A stretch of 64,000 bases of DNA from an uncultured virus (IMG/VR IMGVR_UViG_2540341072_000002) (IMGVR_UViG_2540341072_000002), one strand, 5' to 3'; shown: positions 12,005 to 22,625, counted from the first letter of the stretch. The notes: generated by a model not told the origin, from the sequence alone. Made by a program: numbers and translations.

Positions 12005-15000
12005 ACTACACAGGACAAGCATCCCTCTTGGGTCGTATCTTTAGTTCTGGCATAATATAAAGTTTTAATTCCACGATGATGTGCGTAGAGGTCTATTCTA
12101 TTTAGGTCTCTCGTCGTCATCGTATCCTTTAAGAACAACGTAAATGAAATCCCTTGGTCGACGTGCTGCTGAATTGTTGCAATAAGATCAACTACCTTAA
12201 ACATATCCATGTCGTATGCTTCCTTATAGAAGAACCAATTCTGAGCCGATAAACCTGGCATCGGATAATATGTCTTACTGTTTCCGTATGTACGTTCCTC
12301 AATTCTCTCCATAATTGGCATTACACCTGCTGTAGATGATTGAACATATGAGATGCTTCCCGTAGGCGCAATAGCTTGTCTATAGGAATGATAAAGACCA
12401 TATTTCATTACATCTTCTTTAAGCTTCATCCAATCTTGAATATTAGGAATATGTTGATCTCCAAATAGCTTTTTAACCTTTTCATACTGAGGGCTATAAT
12501 CATTTGTTACGTACTTTTCGAAATACTCGCCTGATTTATAAGTCGAACCATCAAACTTGTAGTATGTCTCCCCTGTTTCTCGTGCAATTTCCATAGAACG
12601 CTGCAGTGAGTAGAAGTTAACCATCATAAAGTATGTATTTGCAAAATCCTTAGCTTCTTCACTTTCATAAGCAATATTATTTTGAGCTAGAAATCCATGG
12701 AGGTTCATCTGCCCTAGACCAATTGATCTCATTAATGTATTTGCTCTCGCAACTGCTGGAGCATTTACAATGTTTGTTTTCCTTGTGACAGTTGTCAGTG
12801 AGTCAATTGCTATTCTGACTGTTGAAGCAATTGATTGATTACTCATTACATTTACAATGTTCATTGAGCCAAGATTACATGAGATATCTAAGCCAATTTC
12901 ATCCTCTTTATCGTAATCCGTATAAACTGATACTTGTGACGATTGAAGTACCTCTGAACAGTTACCAGTAACAATTCCATTGAAAATCAGAGAGTGATAG
13001 TCTTCTTGTGTTGTATCATAAACATCCTCAACACCATCTTCTTCAATACTAATAATTTCAGCTGTAAAATCATGCTTTGGCTTTCTTGACTTAGGTTGCA
13101 ATGTCTCAGTTAACAAATTGAATTTATAAACATCGTATTCTTTCATTTCAACAATACTCATAAACAACTCTCTTGAGTTTCTATCTTGAATACTGATTTT
13201 GTGTGTTGGTTTTACATTGTAAAGCTTAGAACCACCTTTTCCATCAGGAAGGAGTTCTTGTGAGCGCTTGTTGTTAGAATAAATCGTTGTATAAACACCC
13301 ATGTTCAGTAACAGCTTCTGAACGTCCTGAAGGCTCTCATAGTGGATGGATGTTAACTCAATAGTTAATGCTTTGGCTTTATGATTTGCATTTACACACC
13401 CATCAGTCTGGAATAAACCCGATAAATAAGCTGCTTGCGTTTCCTTATTAGCTTGAAAAATGAATTCTGGGACTCTTGTTTTTGTTTCTTTGTTCATACC
13501 GAACTTCTTCAAGATGTCAAATAAGACAGTACTATTCATGTAGAGCAAATCTTGTTTTTCTGGGTTGGCCATATTAAATGTTGGGAGAAGTGATGTATTG
13601 TGCTTATAAGCACGATCAACCTTGTGTTTTTGAATAATACGGTGAACTGCATCAGTAACTTTCTGCTCAAGAACTTTTTTATTATCGTATAAATAAATCT
13701 TGGCAGTTTTTTCAGTAATGGTTCCATCACCAGCTATAATGCCCATAATGTATGCAAGATCGGGTTCATGAATTTTCCCGTATGCTCCTTCAGCTGATTG
13801 GACTAATAATTTATCGCCTGTTTTCAGTTGATTCAATTGGAGCTTTTGAATTTCACCATCTCTTTTCACATAGAATTTGTGCCACTCAGTTGCCCTAATT
13901 TCATATCCTTGCTTCGTTTTGACTTTAAATATTTCCGCATCTTTTTTAGTCAGTTGCATTGGAATTGCATCTACAATTGTGGTACCTTTGCTACCAACTG
14001 CAAAATCTTTTGTTCTATTATCAATGACCACTTTAAGATCATTCTGCTTTTTATAAAGATCGGCTGCTTTTTCATATCCATTCTCAGTTAAAAGAAGTGT
14101 TTCTCCAGTAACGCACAAATTTGAAAACTTCACTTTTGAAATATGTTCATTTGGATGCACTTTATTTACATTGTCAGCGAACATAATATACGGATAGCCA
14201 GATTCGCTTCTTAGAATAGCCAATTGCTCCAACAACTTTCGAGCATTTCCCTTTGCTTTTCTAACTCTTGGATTTTCAACAAGCTCATCATACATTTCAT
14301 TAATGTCTAGCTCATCTAGATACTGCCCATACTCCTTGTATACTGAATGCGGATAGAACATGTAATAATCCTTGTCTTCCCTTGCCAATTCAATAAATTT
14401 GTCTGGAACAACTACGCCAATAGACAGTGTTTTAACTCGGACATCTTCATCAGCACTTATTTTTTTGGTATCCAGGAAGTCTGTAATGTCTGGATGGAAT
14501 ACACTTAGATAAACTGCTCCTGATCCTTGTCTTTGCAGACCATTCAAACGTGTTCGCTAAGCACGTCCCGCCATATGGCTGCTTCATGTTACCATGAAGG
14601 TTAGACTATATCTTCACCCTCTAAGGGTGCCTCCTGTTTCGACTGCCAATAGCTTGCAGCCTACGCCTTTCGGCTAGTCGTTGCACGTTCAAGACTTAGT
14701 CTTGCTTCGCTCATGATTGTCCCTGTAGGAGTTCCCATGAATTAAAGAGGTTTTCGATCACCATTGCTGATGAAAGGGGCCAAATCAACCCATTTGGTCG
14801 GCATATCTGAAGGCATTATCTAGAAGTTTCATAACACCTACGACACCTTTAGTCGCATTCTCTACGTCTTTAATCGCTTCACCTTTGGCTCTTAGTTTGT
14901 TTAGATTTAATGCTACTCCTCCACCTAGCTTAGAAAGCTGCATGGAAATATCAATAGCACGTGAAATATCATTCAAACTGTCGCCTACTTCAAGTAAGAA

Positions 15001-15507
15001 GCAGCTCACCATTTCACCTCTTCGCTTACGTCCAGCATTAAGGAAAGTAGGTGTTGCTGGCTGATACTCTTGTTTCATCATAGTATGTACTTCCTCAACA
15101 GCCTTCTCGTAATCGCCATCAGCGCAATATAAAGCCACAATTGAGACACGATCCTCATACCTTTCCAGGATCTTTGTTTTATCGTTTGTCTTCAATGCGT
15201 AGTCATTGTAGAACTTAAAGGCACTCATAAAAGAAGGGAATCTGAATTTGTAACTGTAAGCAATCTTATAGATTGATTTAATCTGTTCGAATGTATATTT
15301 GCTTAAGAATTCTTCCTCGTAATAATCATTTTTAATCAGATAGTCCAGCTTCTCTTTCAGATCATGGAAAAAGACTGTGTTTTGATTTATGTAATCAACA
15401 AAGTAACTATGTACGGCCTCCTTATCCTTTTCAAATTGATACTTCCCATCTTTCTGGATCATGATTTCATTATTGAGCTTGATCCAATTTGGTATTGTGT
15501 TTGTCAA
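12001..15507 (-). CDS. bnrdE: Class Ib ribonucleotide reductase alpha subunit; exons 15507-14788 and 14535-12001 (1084 aa with intein)
   Basis: PATPTFLNAG, spliced YADQMG|QRQGSG, APTGSISY, C-terminal CLSC; TTG start after GGAGG. Confidence 0.94.
12961..14115 (-). mobile_element. Intein (385 aa) with LAGLIDADG homing endonuclease in BnrdE
   Basis: SNL|CVTGET...IVTGN|CSEVLQ; IMGIIAGDG and LSGLFQTDG motifs. Confidence 0.93.
14536..14787 (-). ncRNA. Group I intron (252 nt, no ORF) in bnrdE
   Basis: Exon ends GGT, intron ends G, reading frame restored. Confidence 0.9.
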
Positions 15508-15865
15508 TAAGTTGTACCTCCTGAATGATTTTCTGTAGATCTTGTTTCGTTCCACTAAGTTCAAACTTTAATAACAATGGTGTGTGGAACTTAGCTGAAA
15601 GCTTGTCTCCAGCTAAACCATAGTTATCACCCCAAACCTTGTTACCACTAACAGCAACTCCTCTAATTTTATTTTTATTCTTATTGATAAAACTCAAAGT
15701 CCTTTCAGGTACTTCCCCAAAGCCTATCGTATATGTAATATGTATGAATTCTTGATTGATGATCGTATCATCAGTTATTTCAATTGCCTCAACGTCAAAC
15801 TCTTGTTGCAGCGCTTTGACAAACCTTTTTACATTTCCTGTTTTACTCTCATATGTAATGATCAC
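15470..15865 (-). CDS. bnrdI: NrdI flavodoxin
   Basis: YESKTGNVKRF, SGNKVWG, FELSG. Confidence 0.93.
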   Translation of the reverse strand: MIITYESKTGNVKRFVKALQQEFDVEAIEITDDTIINQEFIHITYTIGFGEVPERTLSFINKNKNKIRGVAVSGNKVWGDNYGLAGDKLSAKFHTPLLLKFELSGTKQDLQKIIQEVQLIDKHNTKLDQAQ

Positions 15866-16218
15866 TAATCGTTATAAGCCCCTGTAATTAATTTTGTAGT
15901 CACTGTTTCAGCTTCATTTTCAGCGTAATTGAATGCTTCTGATATCTCACGATTAATGTCGCCCATTTCCATGTAGCCCTGTGCCATACTTTCATATAAG
16001 GAACTTTTCTTAACTGGAACGTAATCATCTAGATTCTTTTCTAATTCAACAAATTGATTTCCTTGTTGGTCAGTTGCAATAATCTCTCCTTTTAATACAG
16101 GGAAAGATTGCCCATCAGCTAAATGAATATGAGTGTTCTCAGTGGCTACTGTAAAGTTAATAATGTTCTTCTTTTTTACATATGGTTGAGTTGGATCAAT
16201 ACGTCTAGCTGCCCCCAT
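15865..16218 (-). CDS. yosL: YosL, protein with a MazE-like C-terminus
   Basis: ESMAQGYMEMGDINREIS...AENEAET resembles the B. subtilis MazE C-terminus. Confidence 0.75.
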   Translation of the reverse strand: MGAARRIDPTQPYVKKKNIINFTVATENTHIHLADGQSFPVLKGEIIATDQQGNQFVELEKNLDDYVPVKKSSLYESMAQGYMEMGDINREISEAFNYAENEAETVTTKLITGAYND

Positions 16219-16305
16219 TTTACATCTCCTTATTTTTTGTATTTTGAATAAAGCTGTGATTTTATCTAGATTCAAGCAGTACCTATTCGTCCTCCTTAGG
16301 AATTG

Positions 16306-16506
16306 TCACTCTTCTTCGATCGTCCATCCGTTTAATCTTGCGTACTTTAATTTTCTTGAATATCTACGCTTCCACTCGTCCCAGTCCTTCTTCTCTTGAC
16401 CTGACGTTAGTGAGCCTCTGTACTGATTTTGTCTTCTTTTCTTGTCTAGCTCTAGTATATCGCCAACCCATCTAGGAACTGACGGCCTATAATTACTTTG
16501 CGACAT
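16306..16506 (-). CDS. yosK: Hypothetical phage protein
   Basis: ORF with GGAGG RBS. Confidence 0.7.
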   Translation of the reverse strand: MSQSNYRPSVPRWVGDILELDKKRRQNQYRGSLTSGQEKKDWDEWKRRYSRKLKYARLNGWTIEEE

Positions 16507-16550
16507 CTATTCGTCCTCCAATTGTTTCTGTATAAATTTCATTGTGTCTT

Positions 16551-16745
16551 CTATTGTTTCGGCCACCCTTCTCCAAGGAGTTTTTTAGCCTCTTCAACAT
16601 CTGTGAATCTTTCAATCTTGTGTCTATAATCATCGATCCACCGGTAAACACATACTGCATTTTCTTCAACTTTCATGACGGTGTACTGCTGCATAGGATC
16701 TTCTAGAAGATGAAGTTTCTGATCTTTATAAAACCCTTGAATCAT
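16551..16745 (-). CDS. yosJ: Hypothetical phage protein
   Basis: ORF with AGGAGG RBS. Confidence 0.7.
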   Translation of the reverse strand: MIQGFYKDQKLHLLEDPMQQYTVMKVEENAVCVYRWIDDYRHKIERFTDVEEAKKLLGEGWPKQ

Positions 16746-16765
16746 ATAATATCCTCCTCTTATTT

Positions 16766-16900
16766 TTATTGAATTTCTCTTACTTCATGCGGTACTCCGC
16801 TTTCTTCTTGAGCATATACTGCATCATTATGAGCCTCAATTGCATCATCATAAGTATTAACAAGTGATCCCATACAATAAAGTCCATATTTCATTTTCAT
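16766..16900 (-). CDS. yosI: Hypothetical 44-aa protein
   Basis: Read manually: MKMKYGLYCMG...VREIQ. Confidence 0.6.
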   Translation of the reverse strand: MKMKYGLYCMGSLVNTYDDAIEAHNDAVYAQEESGVPHEVREIQ

Positions 16901-16931
16901 CTTCATCATCCTCTTAATTTATTTTTATTCT

Positions 16932-17402
16932 TTAAAGTAAACTGCCATCAATAAGCAATACCATCTCTTCGTCATTAGAAATCTCCTCAAGAACCTGTTT
17001 AAACGGCATGAGCTCTTTATCTTCTCCTGGCGCCCTTCCATGTTGTATCGCCGCATAAACTTGCCCAACTTCTGTCATTTCATCACTTAACTCTCCATCA
17101 TCATCATCTGTAACAGTATCTGTATACAGTTCCATTGCCTTTTCTTTTGTATAAGCCTTAATCAATGCATAATAGGGGTCAAACACTTCAAAATACTTCA
17201 TAATGGGTTTTTCAACTTCCAATTCCTCAACGTAATCGCCTTTAATTTTCACATCATCAACTCCGTTTTCGAGCAAATGATCTACCATATCCTTGCCTAG
17301 TTGTTCTAACGCTGCTCCTTGAACAGATGGACTTTCGTCATTAAATCCTTCATGAGCGTAACAAGTTGCTTTTATTTCAAAAACTGCTGCTTTAATTCCC
17401 AT
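16932..17402 (-). CDS. yosH: Hypothetical acidic protein
   Basis: ORF track, RBS. Confidence 0.75.
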   Translation of the reverse strand: MGIKAAVFEIKATCYAHEGFNDESPSVQGAALEQLGKDMVDHLLENGVDDVKIKGDYVEELEVEKPIMKYFEVFDPYYALIKAYTKEKAMELYTDTVTDDDDGELSDEMTEVGQVYAAIQHGRAPGEDKELMPFKQVLEEISNDEEMVLLIDGSLL

Positions 17403-17462
17403 AGCACAATGCTCCTTTTAATATTTATTTTTTAGATTTAGAATCCACTAATCTCTTTAAAA

Positions 17463-17825
17463 TCATCCTTTTATGGAGAACGAATGAATACCAGGTACAC
17501 CCACAACGCTCTGGAATGGATTGAGCACATTAAATTCTATTTCTACCGCCAAATCTCTGTCTGAGTTCATTTGAATTCTTTCGATTTTCACATTAACTTC
17601 GCTTGTTTCATCTTCTAGACTAGTCATTTTCATTTTATAAGTGCCCTTAGATACACCGCCTAGTTCAACCCATTTATAAACCAATAAATCATTACTAATC
17701 CTTACTGTGATTTTATCTTCGTTTTCAGTTGCCTCTACATTTTTGTAATGAAGAACCATTCTTGTTTCATTTGGTAAATGTTTATTCAGTGTTTCTTCAT
17801 ATACGGCAATTTCTTTTAAGATCAT
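17463..17825 (-). CDS. yosG: Hypothetical phage protein
   Basis: ORF track, RBS. Confidence 0.75.
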   Translation of the reverse strand: MILKEIAVYEETLNKHLPNETRMVLHYKNVEATENEDKITVRISNDLLVYKWVELGGVSKGTYKMKMTSLEDETSEVNVKIERIQMNSDRDLAVEIEFNVLNPFQSVVGVPGIHSFSIKG

Positions 17826-17867
17826 ATCTAACTCTCCTTTTGAAAATTTCGGCTTAAAATAAAACTT

Positions 17868-17993
17868 TTATTTAGACTTATTGTCGTTTTGCAAAATGGT
17901 GTCAGCAGCTAAAGATGTAGCTTTCATTTCGCCGACAATTTTACCAGTTGATTTCTTTTTGAAAATAATCTTTGCAGCATTATCATCACTCAT
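17868..17993 (-). CDS. yosF: Hypothetical 41-aa protein
   Basis: Read manually; AAGGAGG RBS. Confidence 0.65.
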   Translation of the reverse strand: MSDDNAAKIIFKKKSTGKIVGEMKATSLAADTILQNDNKSK

Positions 17994-18006
17994 CTTGAGT
18001 GCCTCC

Positions 18007-18354
18007 TTAGATAAACAATGTGCTAACATATAGAACAATCAATGCGAAAGTTGAATGAAATAAAGACTTACCGGCTTTCTTGAAAATGTTCTCATCTTTT
18101 TCCTGATCTGACCGTTTTACACCTTTGACAAATACATTGAGTAAAACACCAATAACAAATGCATGAGGTAAAGTGACATGGACATTTTGAATATTGTATG
18201 TATCAATAAGCAAAGGATTTAACACATGATTCAATCCGTAATAAACAATTAGTGACATAGTCAACGCTTCAACAAAAATAAGTAATCCAACTACAATTAA
18301 CGAACCTGACCCCATAAAGAATCCGCTCCAAATATCTTTTGTATCCTTATTCAA
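18007..18354 (-). CDS. yosE: Membrane protein
   Basis: Hydrophobic segments. Confidence 0.75.
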   Translation of the reverse strand: MNKDTKDIWSGFFMGSGSLIVVGLLIFVEALTMSLIVYYGLNHVLNPLLIDTYNIQNVHVTLPHAFVIGVLLNVFVKGVKRSDQEKDENIFKKAGKSLFHSTFALIVLYVSTLFI

Positions 18355-18368
18355 TAAATATCTCTCCT

Positions 18369-18764
18369 TTAGTCTTTTTTAGTTAGCCTCTGCCACCAGG
18401 AAGTTTTTATCTGTCTTTGATTTTGAGTATCATTGTTTTTTGCTTTCTTATTATTGTGTTCTTCGCATTCCTTCAAGCTTTTTTCATCTATAATTGTCTT
18501 AATAACTCTGTCTGTTTGATATGTCCACTCGTTATGTATGTTTCGCTGCCTGTCAGTCACTATGACATATTCATTAAGTCCAGGGATATAAACTTTACCT
18601 CCAATTTCTATAGGCTCAATATCTATATAGCCCTCGAAGATTGGTTCAGTACGAGTTACCTTACACACTGGCTGAGTAATCCACCTCTCTGTGCCTGGGG
18701 CACGGTGTGAGTAATACCTTTCTTTCATAACCAATCCTTCAATCGTTGCTTTATGGCGTCCCAC
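18369..18764 (-). CDS. yosD: Hypothetical phage protein
   Basis: GTG start after AAGGAGGTG. Confidence 0.75.
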   Translation of the reverse strand: MGRHKATIEGLVMKERYYSHRAPGTERWITQPVCKVTRTEPIFEGYIDIEPIEIGGKVYIPGLNEYVIVTDRQRNIHNEWTYQTDRVIKTIIDEKSLKECEEHNNKKAKNNDTQNQRQIKTSWWQRLTKKD

Positions 18765-18802
18765 TTATTCACCTCCTTATAAGTCTCTTTAAAAATTGAA
18801 TT

Positions 18803-19345
18803 TTAATCTAAATGCTCCATTACAATTTTTAGATAATCTTTATAGTCAGTAGCAACCACACTGTCTCCATTAACAAGCTGTTCAGTTTTAACTCCAAAGA
18901 ACCACCTGTCACCTATCCATTGACGACCAGTCATGTTGTTTAACCCCAGCTCATCATGAGACCTAAATGGATACACTTCTTCAATTTGCTCAATCATAGC
19001 TTTTATTTCTTTAAAGTATTTAGATCGTTTTTTGAAAGCATAGAATCCGTCTACTTGATTTTTAACAATGTCATTTTTAAATATTTCATACGCTTCTGTT
19101 CCTTCGTAGACTCCAAAGTACTCAGAGTGATAAAACGAGAAGCCTTCCTTGACTCCATACTTTTCTTCGAATTTATCAAAGAAAGAGTTTATATCCTCTT
19201 TGCGTTTCTTCTCAGATTTATACCAGTCACTTTCCTGTTTAACTTCGTAAATCGGTGCATCTAAGGTTTGCATACTCTCATCTCCCCTAATATTTCTTTC
19301 TGCTTGTTTTAATTTGTCGTATACTGCGCTTGCCCGGGAAATCAT
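18803..19345 (-). CDS. yosC: Hypothetical phage protein (start may be the internal MQTL)
   Basis: ORF track. Confidence 0.7.
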   Translation of the reverse strand: MISRASAVYDKLKQAERNIRGDESMQTLDAPIYEVKQESDWYKSEKKRKEDINSFFDKFEEKYGVKEGFSFYHSEYFGVYEGTEAYEIFKNDIVKNQVDGFYAFKKRSKYFKEIKAMIEQIEEVYPFRSHDELGLNNMTGRQWIGDRWFFGVKTEQLVNGDSVVATDYKDYLKIVMEHLD

Positions 19346-19389
19346 TAGTATTTCCTTTGATCATATTTCCCCATCTATATCTTTCCTTT

Positions 19390-19569
19390 TTATAGATCCA
19401 CCAACATCAGACCGTCTAGTCCATATACCTTGTCTCTTTCAGTTAACTTTCCGTTTTTTCTCATTGTCTTCAATGCATTTTCTGCTTGTTTAAGATTTGA
19501 GTAAATATGTGGGTGGTAACCATAGAGATATTTCCCTTCACTCTTTGCAGCAATTACAAACATGTTCAT
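19390..19569 (-). CDS. yosB: Hypothetical 59-aa protein
   Basis: Read manually: MNMFVIAAKSEG...MLVDL. Confidence 0.65.
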   Translation of the reverse strand: MNMFVIAAKSEGKYLYGYHPHIYSNLKQAENALKTMRKNGKLTERDKVYGLDGLMLVDL

Positions 19570-19699
19570 TCATCAACTCTCCTTATTCAACTCTTAAATT
19601 TAGACAAAGTCTTCATTTTTTCTTTTTTAGACTGAAATCTATGTCGAATTTTTAACCTTTGCCATACCATATACTATCCTTACTAAAGGAGGTGGCAAT

Positions 19700-19819
19700 A
19701 TGGGATTCTACAGCGGATATTCTGGTGGATACTCTGGCGGCGGATACGGAAGCAGCTTCGTCTTGATCGTTGTGTTATTCATCCTATTGATCATTGTTGG
19801 TGCTACATTCCTATACTAA
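19700..19819 (+). CDS. yosA: YjcZ/SscA-family small sporulation membrane peptide (39 aa)
   Basis: MGFYSGYSGGYSGGGYGSSFVLIVVLFILLIIVGA; AAAGGAGGT RBS. Confidence 0.85.
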   Translation: MGFYSGYSGGYSGGGYGSSFVLIVVLFILLIIVGATFLY

Positions 19820-19863
19820 TCTCAGAGTAAATCCAGAGCCTTTGAATCACCTCCCTGTTCGAT

Positions 19864-19900
19864 AGACGCCATAAAACTTCTTATGGCGTTTTTTATTTTT
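19864..19900 (+). terminator. Terminator after yosA
   Basis: ACGCCATAA/TTATGGCGT stem plus T tract. Confidence 0.75.
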
Positions 19901-19922
19901 ACATTTGTATAAAAGGAATATT

Positions 19923-20135
19923 TTATCCTCTTATTTTGTATTTGATATTTAATCCTAAATGTTCTAATGTCTTCTTAACACTTAAATTGCTGCATTCATT
20001 TTTCACTTTATCGGAATAACCCTTTGCACAACTTTCACAACAGTTGAAGTCTACATAAGTTTTTTCATCGCTGATCCTAAGACAAATTGTTTTTCCGCTT
20101 ATGTACTCCTTACAGATGTCACATATATGATTCAT
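19923..20135 (-). CDS. yorZ: Cys-rich small protein (CxxC...CxxC)
   Basis: CDIC and CCESC motifs. Confidence 0.7.
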   Translation of the reverse strand: MNHICDICKEYISGKTICLRISDEKTYVDFNCCESCAKGYSDKVKNECSNLSVKKTLEHLGLNIKYKIRG

Positions 20136-20165
20136 TAACACTCTCCTTCGCCTCAACGTAAATTT

Positions 20166-20194
20166 ATTATATACATATTATTTGTTTTTGTCTA
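20166..20194 (-). promoter_or_regulatory. SPbeta repeated element / sigmaA-type promoter
   Basis: TAGACA-N17-TATAAT with the conserved spacer. Confidence 0.8.
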
Positions 20195-20201
20195 TCGGTT
20201 T

Positions 20202-20384
20202 TTAAATAATTTCTTTAATATTTTTCAGCTTTGCAAAAACAGACATTATATCTTTATCACACCGCTCCCAAACACGCTTTTCTTCAGGCCTTAAAGTGTT
20301 TTCTAAATAAACATAAAGCTTATCCAATACTCCTTCAGCAGCATCTATATCATCAATTACAAGATCCCTAACAATATCCTTAAT
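20202..20384 (-). CDS. yorY: Hypothetical 60-aa protein, probable ATT start
   Basis: GGAGAGG RBS then ATT; (M)[11 protein letters not shown]...IKEII. Confidence 0.6.
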
Positions 20385-20396
20385 GATACCCTCTCC

Positions 20397-20624
20397 CTAT
20401 GAAAATATGGTTATTGCTTTTCCATTGTCATTTTTTATGTATGGGGAATATTTTCGGTCTAGGCAATTCTTCGACTTTCCTTCTCCCAGGCTTACATTAT
20501 AAATATCCCCTACCTCATAAACTTCGTATGCTTGTTCTTTTGCATGTTCAGGTGATAGCGCCTCAATAACTAGAGACGCATTTTCACCTTTGCTGTCTTT
20601 ACACCTTACATAATACTTTTTCAA
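20397..20624 (-). CDS. yorX: Hypothetical phage protein
   Basis: ORF track. Confidence 0.7.
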   Translation of the reverse strand: MKKYYVRCKDSKGENASLVIEALSPEHAKEQAYEVYEVGDIYNVSLGEGKSKNCLDRKYSPYIKNDNGKAITIFS

Positions 20625-20663
20625 TAAACATCCCTTTATCCTTTCATTTTTTCTCGAAACAAT

Positions 20664-21029
20664 TTAATGAATCAAGCCTTGATATGTATTTGGTTTAATA
20701 TTGTGTAGATTGTTTAGGTTAGTTAACCGCTCGATTTCCTTACTCATCGCATAACATTGATCAACATAAAATTTCTTTGGCATAATCACAAACTGGCCAT
20801 CTTTAAATCCTTCCGCACCGGCTTCTTGCATTGCTGCTGGAAAGATATCAATTAGACTACCTTTCTTAAAGCTCTCAATATACTCATCTACTGAAATAGT
20901 GTGCAAAACCTTAGCTAATACTCCATTAGTCTTTTCATCGTTATGTACGTAAATGCTTTGTGTATGTGGTTCAATAACTACAAAATCAAGAGCGTTTACC
21001 AAGTCAATTTTTTCTTGATCAGTTAGCAT
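20664..21029 (-). CDS. yorW: Hypothetical phage protein
   Basis: ORF track, RBS. Confidence 0.7.
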   Translation of the reverse strand: MLTDQEKIDLVNALDFVVIEPHTQSIYVHNDEKTNGVLAKVLHTISVDEYIESFKKGSLIDIFPAAMQEAGAEGFKDGQFVIMPKKFYVDQCYAMSKEIERLTNLNNLHNIKPNTYQGLIH

Positions 21030-21031
21030 AT

Positions 21032-21250
21032 TCACTCTCCTTTTAAATACGACTTGAAAAACTCACTTAAGTTATCAGCCATAGCTGCAGCAACTTCAGA
21101 AAAGTATTTATGTCTTTTCTCCTCTGATTTCAAAAACTCAACTGTCGTTTCTGCAATTTCTTTAATCTTGTCTTCTTTGATATTTCCATTCCTAACACGC
21201 TCTTTAATCTCCTCTGTCTCTTTTTTTAGGGACTCTGGGTAACTATCCAA
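21032..21250 (-). CDS. yorV: Hypothetical phage protein
   Basis: TTG start after GAGGAG. Confidence 0.7.
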   Translation of the reverse strand: MDSYPESLKKETEEIKERVRNGNIKEDKIKEIAETTVEFLKSEEKRHKYFSEVAAAMADNLSEFFKSYLKGE

Positions 21251-21293
21251 TCGATCCACTCCTCTTATTTTATATTTGTTTAAAAGACAAATT

Positions 21294-22625
21294 TTATTCA
21301 GATTCTTTATTAACATATGTATGTATTAATTCTTGAAATATAGACTCAAGCACACTAACTGTAATTGAATTACCGGCTTGCTTGTATAATTGTGAGTTAC
21401 TTATTCCTGCTGCAAAAGCTTTTTCAAAATCTTCGTCATCAAATGCTTGGAGTCTCCAACATTCTAATGGAGAGAGCTTTCTAATTTTATATTTTGGGTA
21501 TTCTCCGATTGCTACACCATGTCGATCAATTGTATTAACCGTGAAAGCCGGTTCTCCGTTTTCTTTAAAACGTCTTCCATTCTGTCTTTTCTCTTCTCTT
21601 TCTGGCGTTAACACTGCCCTTACTTCTTTCTGCTTTTCTGCGATTTTAGGTTCTCTGTGACCGCCGCCCATTGTAGTTAATGTCGGTGAAAGTCCTTCAG
21701 GCGAGTAAACTCTTTTGATGGCATCGTGACCTTTTAAATCCACGTGTCCCACCATTAACGGCTCCCTTACTTCTTGTTTTTGTAGCGGTGCGGTTCCTAG
21801 TTGCTCAACAAGTTTCTTCGTCTTTTCTTCATTTAAGTAATACTTCTCATCAACAAAATCCTCAAGAATTTCTCTCAACCTCTTTGTGACAGTGTCTTGT
21901 AAAGGCCATTTAAAATTAAAACTCTTTATATTTATTTCTTGCAATCTCTTTTTACCTTTACTCAGAACATCGTTTCGCTTCTGACCTACAACCCATTGTT
22001 CATTTTCAACCAAATCTTCTCTAATGCCAATTATGTATACCCGTTCACGATTCTGTGGAACATTGAAAAACTTTGAATTAAGTAGCTCTAGGTCAATCCT
22101 ATAGCCTATATTGTTCATAGTCTCACTAATTATTCTTAACACTTGTCCATTGCCACTATTAATTAGCCCTTTTACATTTTCTAATATCACAAATTTCGGC
22201 TTCTTCTCTTCTGCTAACAAAGCTGTTTCAAAAAAGAGCGTTCCCCGTTCATCTTTAGCCTTAGAAACAGCTTCACACTTCGGGCATTTGACTCCCTTCT
22301 TATAATCCTCATAAGTAATTAAATGCTCGTGCGAACAATTGCTACACTTATATTCCATACCATCACGGCCGCCGGCTACTGAAAAAGTGGGACAAGGAAA
22401 TCCACTTGTTAACAAATCAAAATATGGAATATTATCTTTCTTAGCTTTACTTATGTCTCCAACATTCAATGTTTCACTTACATTATGAATTGCACAATAA
22501 GATTTGATTGCATATTTATCTATTTCACTAAAGCCAATCAGTTCATAATCAACGCCTATGTTTCTTAATGCAGCTTCAAATGCACCAATTCCACTAAAAA
22601 GGCTCATTACACGTAGTTTACTCAA
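21294..22625 (-). CDS. mtbP: Multispecific DNA (cytosine-5) methyltransferase
   Basis: FSGIG, FPC, ENV, QNRER and YKQAGNS motifs; long variable region. Confidence 0.95.
   Translation of the reverse strand: MSKLRVMSLFSGIGAFEAALRNIGVDYELIGFSEIDKYAIKSYCAIHNVSETLNVGDISKAKKDNIPYFDLLTSGFPCPTFSVAGGRDGMEYKCSNCSHEHLITYEDYKKGVKCPKCEAVSKAKDERGTLFFETALLAEEKKPKFVILENVKGLINSGNGQVLRIISETMNNIGYRIDLELLNSKFFNVPQNRERVYIIGIREDLVENEQWVVGQKRNDVLSKGKKRLQEINIKSFNFKWPLQDTVTKRLREILEDFVDEKYYLNEEKTKKLVEQLGTAPLQKQEVREPLMVGHVDLKGHDAIKRVYSPEGLSPTLTTMGGGHREPKIAEKQKEVRAVLTPEREEKRQNGRRFKENGEPAFTVNTIDRHGVAIGEYPKYKIRKLSPLECWRLQAFDDEDFEKAFAAGISNSQLYKQAGNSITVSVLESIFQELIHTYVNKESE

Noticed and set aside
9874..15564. nrdE and nrdF as frameshifted pseudogenes
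   Set aside because: Intron removal restores intact frames with canonical U and G splice boundaries.
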